Source: Granulicella sp.
GTDB lineage: Bacteria; Acidobacteriota; Terriglobia; Terriglobales; Acidobacteriaceae
DNA length: 64,000 bases
Assembly: GCA_027339965.1 (NCBI GenBank)
Contig: DAHWNL010000038.1
Coordinates: forward strand, 1 to 64,000
Reading direction: 5' to 3'
Under the pieces are notes generated by a model that ran no database searches, was not told the DNA's origin, and saw nothing but the letters and a program-made list of their open reading frames with translations. The first letter of the stretch is position 1. The number at the start of each line of letters is the position of its first letter. Positions 60,955-64,000 of the stretch are shown here, piece by piece. The position numbers and the translations under genes were made by a program.

Positions 60955-63585
60955 GTGAGTCTGTATTGCGATGTCGCGCTGCCTGTGCCGCTGGATCGGG
61001 TGTTCACCTACGAACTCGGCGGACTTAAGGCCGAGGTGGGCGCTCGGGCGATTGTGTCGTTTGGCGGCCAGCGGTTGGTGGGCGTGGTGGTCAAGCTGCA
61101 CGATGTCGCGCCTGGCCGGCAGGCTGTTTCAGCCTCGATCGATCAAGATGGGGACGTCTCTCAGGATGTGAGTCGCGTGCGGGCGGAGGCTGGGAGCGCT
61201 GAGGCGATTCCGGTCAAGCCTGTTGAGCAGGTTTTGGATGCGGCAGCGCTGCTCTCACCGGAACTGATGGAGCTGGGAAGATGGGTGGCGGGATACTACT
61301 GCGCTCCGCTGGGCGAGGTGCTGAGAGGGATGTTGCCGCTAACCGCCGAGGTGCGGCGGCAGTGGGGATACAAGATCGCAGAGCGTGGCCGGAGGGTGCT
61401 CACCGAGGCAGCGGGAAGGGGATCGCCGCATCACGCCTCCAGCCGCGCTGAACGCAGCCTTGAAGAACAGAATCGTGAGTATGCGGTGTTGAACTACCTG
61501 GAGAGCGGGGAGGTGGCCAGGGGAAGTGTGATTCGAGCAGCGACGGGGGCCAACAAGGCGCTGCTGGACGGGATGGCGAAGAAGCGCTGGCTGCTGCGTG
61601 AGCCGCTGGCGGAGGTGCGGGATGCGCGGCGGATGGAGTTCATTGCTGTGCTGGAGGAACAGGCAGCAAACGGTCCTTTGACAGACGGCGAAAGTCCGAG
61701 GCGGCTGCCGCGGTTGAATGACAATCAATTGGCGGTGATGGCAGAGCTGGCCGGTTGCCGAGGCCGAGCGCCGGTGTGGGAGTTGCGTGGACGTCTGCGC
61801 GGGAGAGGGATTCCCGACTCCACGCTGGGGACGCTGGTGCGGCGCGGACTGGTGCGATTGGAGGAGACCGCTCAAGCCTTCCAGGTGACGGGCCTAAGGC
61901 AAGAGGGTAAGAAGTTTGCGCATGAACATGTGCTCAATCAGGCGCAGAGTGCAGCTCTGGGAACCATCGTGGCTGCCTTGGAGGAGGGGGGCTTCCGTCC
62001 GCTTCTGCTCTACGGGGTCACCGGCAGCGGTAAAACGGCGGTGTATGTGGCCGCGATCGAGCAGGCGCTGAAGGCGGGCAAGAGCGCCTTGCTGCTGGTT
62101 CCAGAGATTGGGCTGACGCCCGGCACAGCAGCTCAGATGGTGGCGGCCTTTGCCGGTCAGGTAGCGCTGCTGCACTCCCAGCTCACGCCAGACGAACGAG
62201 CCGAGCAATGGCACAGAATTCGCCGGGGAGAGGCGAGGGTGGTGATCGGAACCCGATCGGCGGTCTTTGCGCCACTGCCGGATCTGGGGCTGATCGTTGT
62301 GGATGAGGAGCATGACACTAGCTACAAGCAGGAAGAGACGCCGCGCTATCACGGGAGGGATGTCGCGGTGATGCGAGCCAAACTGATGGGATGTACAGTG
62401 GTGCTTGGCTCGGCGACGCCGTCGTTGGAAAGTTGGCACAACGCCGAGCGCGGGCGCTATGCGCTGGTGGAGATGCGGAAGCGGGTTCAGGCCCGGCCGC
62501 TGCCCGCGGTGGAGACCATCGACATGCGTGTCGAGTTCCGTGAGACCGGACAGGAGCAACTTTTTTCACGGCGGCTGATCGAGGCGGTGCGAGCGACTCT
62601 GGAGCGCGGCGAACAGGCGATCATCCTGATCAACCGCCGCGGCTACAGTTTTGTAGTGATGTGCAGGAGCTGTGGACAGAAGCTGGAGTGTGAGAACTGC
62701 GCAATTTCCCTGACTTACCACAAGGGAGGAGAGGAACACAGCCTTAAGGGCGAGGCGCGGGTGGGGCAGCGGCTGGAGTGTCACTATTGCGGCTATCGGC
62801 GGACTGTCCCCAGAGTGTGTCCCAGGTGCCAGAGCGAGCACCTCTACTACATGGGCGCCGGTTCGCAGCAAGGTGAGGAGCGGCTGCAGGAGATCTTTCC
62901 CTTTGCCCGGATCGGGCGGATGGACCGTGACACCGTGCGTTCCCGAGGCGACATGGAGCGGCTGTTGGGGCAATTGCACGGCGGAGAGATCAATCTGCTG
63001 GTGGGAACGCAGATGATCGCCAAAGGGCACGATATCCACGGGGTGACACTGGTGGGGGTGGTGGGTGCGGATTTCGCGCTGGGACTGCCCGACTTTCGCG
63101 CCGCTGAGCGGGTGTTTCAACTCCTCACTCAGGTGAGCGGGCGAGCCGGCAGGGGGGATCTTCCCGGAAAGGTGCTGGTACAGACCTATCAGCCCGAACA
63201 TTACGTCAATCAGTTTGTCCGGGAGCACGACTACACCGGATTCGCAGCCCGCGAGACCTACTACCGGAGGGCGATGCGGTACCCGCCGTTCGGCGTATTG
63301 GCCAACGTGATTGTGCAAAGTGAGCAGTTCGAGGAGGTGCTGGGGTGGTCAACCCGTCTGGGACGATGGTTCCAGAAGCGTCATCTGGAGGGAATCCGGG
63401 TTCTTGGACCGGCAGCGGCGCCCAACTCTCGATTGAAGCGAATCTACCGCTATCATCTGGTGCTGCGGGCGGAGCGCCGCGATTTGCTGGCTGCGGCTCT
63501 ACGCGAGATGCTCTGCGAGGTGGATCGAGAGCGGATTCCCCGCCGATCCGTGGTGGTGGATGTGGACCCGATGCACCTGATGTAA
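60955..63585 (+). CDS. priA: Primosomal protein N' (replication restart helicase)
   Basis: GVTGSGKT, LVPEIGLT, VDEEHD, GSATPS, two Cys4 zinc sites, GTQMIAKG, QVSGRAGR, YPPF. Confidence 0.97.
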   Translation: MSLYCDVALPVPLDRVFTYELGGLKAEVGARAIVSFGGQRLVGVVVKLHDVAPGRQAVSASIDQDGDVSQDVSRVRAEAGSAEAIPVKPVEQVLDAAALLSPELMELGRWVAGYYCAPLGEVLRGMLPLTAEVRRQWGYKIAERGRRVLTEAAGRGSPHHASSRAERSLEEQNREYAVLNYLESGEVARGSVIRAATGANKALLDGMAKKRWLLREPLAEVRDARRMEFIAVLEEQAANGPLTDGESPRRLPRLNDNQLAVMAELAGCRGRAPVWELRGRLRGRGIPDSTLGTLVRRGLVRLEETAQAFQVTGLRQEGKKFAHEHVLNQAQSAALGTIVAALEEGGFRPLLLYGVTGSGKTAVYVAAIEQALKAGKSALLLVPEIGLTPGTAAQMVAAFAGQVALLHSQLTPDERAEQWHRIRRGEARVVIGTRSAVFAPLPDLGLIVVDEEHDTSYKQEETPRYHGRDVAVMRAKLMGCTVVLGSATPSLESWHNAERGRYALVEMRKRVQARPLPAVETIDMRVEFRETGQEQLFSRRLIEAVRATLERGEQAIILINRRGYSFVVMCRSCGQKLECENCAISLTYHKGGEEHSLKGEARVGQRLECHYCGYRRTVPRVCPRCQSEHLYYMGAGSQQGEERLQEIFPFARIGRMDRDTVRSRGDMERLLGQLHGGEINLLVGTQMIAKGHDIHGVTLVGVVGADFALGLPDFRAAERVFQLLTQVSGRAGRGDLPGKVLVQTYQPEHYVNQFVREHDYTGFAARETYYRRAMRYPPFGVLANVIVQSEQFEEVLGWSTRLGRWFQKRHLEGIRVLGPAAAPNSRLKRIYRYHLVLRAERRDLLAAALREMLCEVDRERIPRRSVVVDVDPMHLM

Positions 63586-63806
63586 GAGGGGGGCAGCTTC
63601 CAAGGTGAATCCGCAGCGACAGTAGCGCAGCAACTCTATGCGGCAACGGATTTTCGGGCAGGAGGCTCGGGGCCGCCCGGCACCGGCTGCCTGGCGTCAG
63701 GGGCCGGCAAGACAGCAGAAGGAGATGGTAGGCGAGCTGAGCGCAGGTGCTTGCCACAGTGGGGCTGGGAATGCCCCCCAAAAGAAGATCTCGGGATCTT
63801 AGGAAC

Positions 63807-63876
63807 CCAGCATCCCAGGCTCAGGATCCCAGGCTCGGGATCCCAGACCCAGGATCCCAGACCCAGGATCCCTGGA
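63807..63876. repeat. Heptamer-based tandem repeat (14-bp unit, four copies)
   Basis: CCCAG(G/A)C-(T/C)C(A/G)GGAT repeated four times at 63814-63869, with degenerate flanking copies. Confidence 0.9.
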
Positions 63877-64000
63877 GTCCGAAGAGCCCGGGGAATCCCA
63901 GGAGCCCGGAGTCCGAGCATTCCATGCCGGGGCGAGGAGACATGAAGGGGTGTCGTTATCCTCTTGACCTATTGGGCGGAAATCGTCGCGGGTTCTTTGC

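Noticed and set aside
63807..63876. Possible CRISPR array
   Set aside because: Contiguous 14-bp units with no spacers and no cas genes
63942..64000. Possible CDS start (GAGGAG-ATG) at the window end
   Set aside because: Only about 19 codons visible, so it cannot be supported as a feature

Overview
GC-rich bacterial chromosomal window, most likely from Acidobacteriota (Terriglobia/Acidobacteriaceae-like). This is inferred from the Oar-type TonB-dependent receptor, the CusF-SCO fusion, the DUF4382-like lipoprotein and an Acidobacteria-type REP element. Most of the window is housekeeping: malQ, lpxB, two ABC exporters, hemW, ltaE, an AddAB-type helicase-nuclease pair, ptrB, TPM/LemA, a nucleoside-salvage operon (cdd-pdp-nupC-punA), PBP1B, proS, kdsD, TlpA/DsbD-N, gltX, ispDF, tilS, ftsH, M1 peptidase-lptE-holA, a CocE/NonD hydrolase, AlaX and priA. 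The left end holds a LacI plus TonB-receptor carbohydrate-uptake locus with a decayed TPR pseudogene. I found no CRISPR array, tRNA/rRNA, transposase, prophage or defence system, and I cannot point to a clear-cut novel multi-gene system. The most notable signals are: (i) a recurring TAnnnT hexamer 5-9 nt upstream of the start codon of about eight genes, mostly without a Shine-Dalgarno, suggesting widespread leaderless mRNAs; (ii) the TPR pseudogene and long hairpins in the TonB locus; (iii) a Met-rich lipoprotein with an ECF-type promoter and a palindrome, 7 kb from an orphan CusF-SCO fusion; (iv) repeated in-frame loop insertions in core enzymes; (v) a 14-bp GGATCC tandem array after priA. 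All family assignments come from motif recognition, not database searches.
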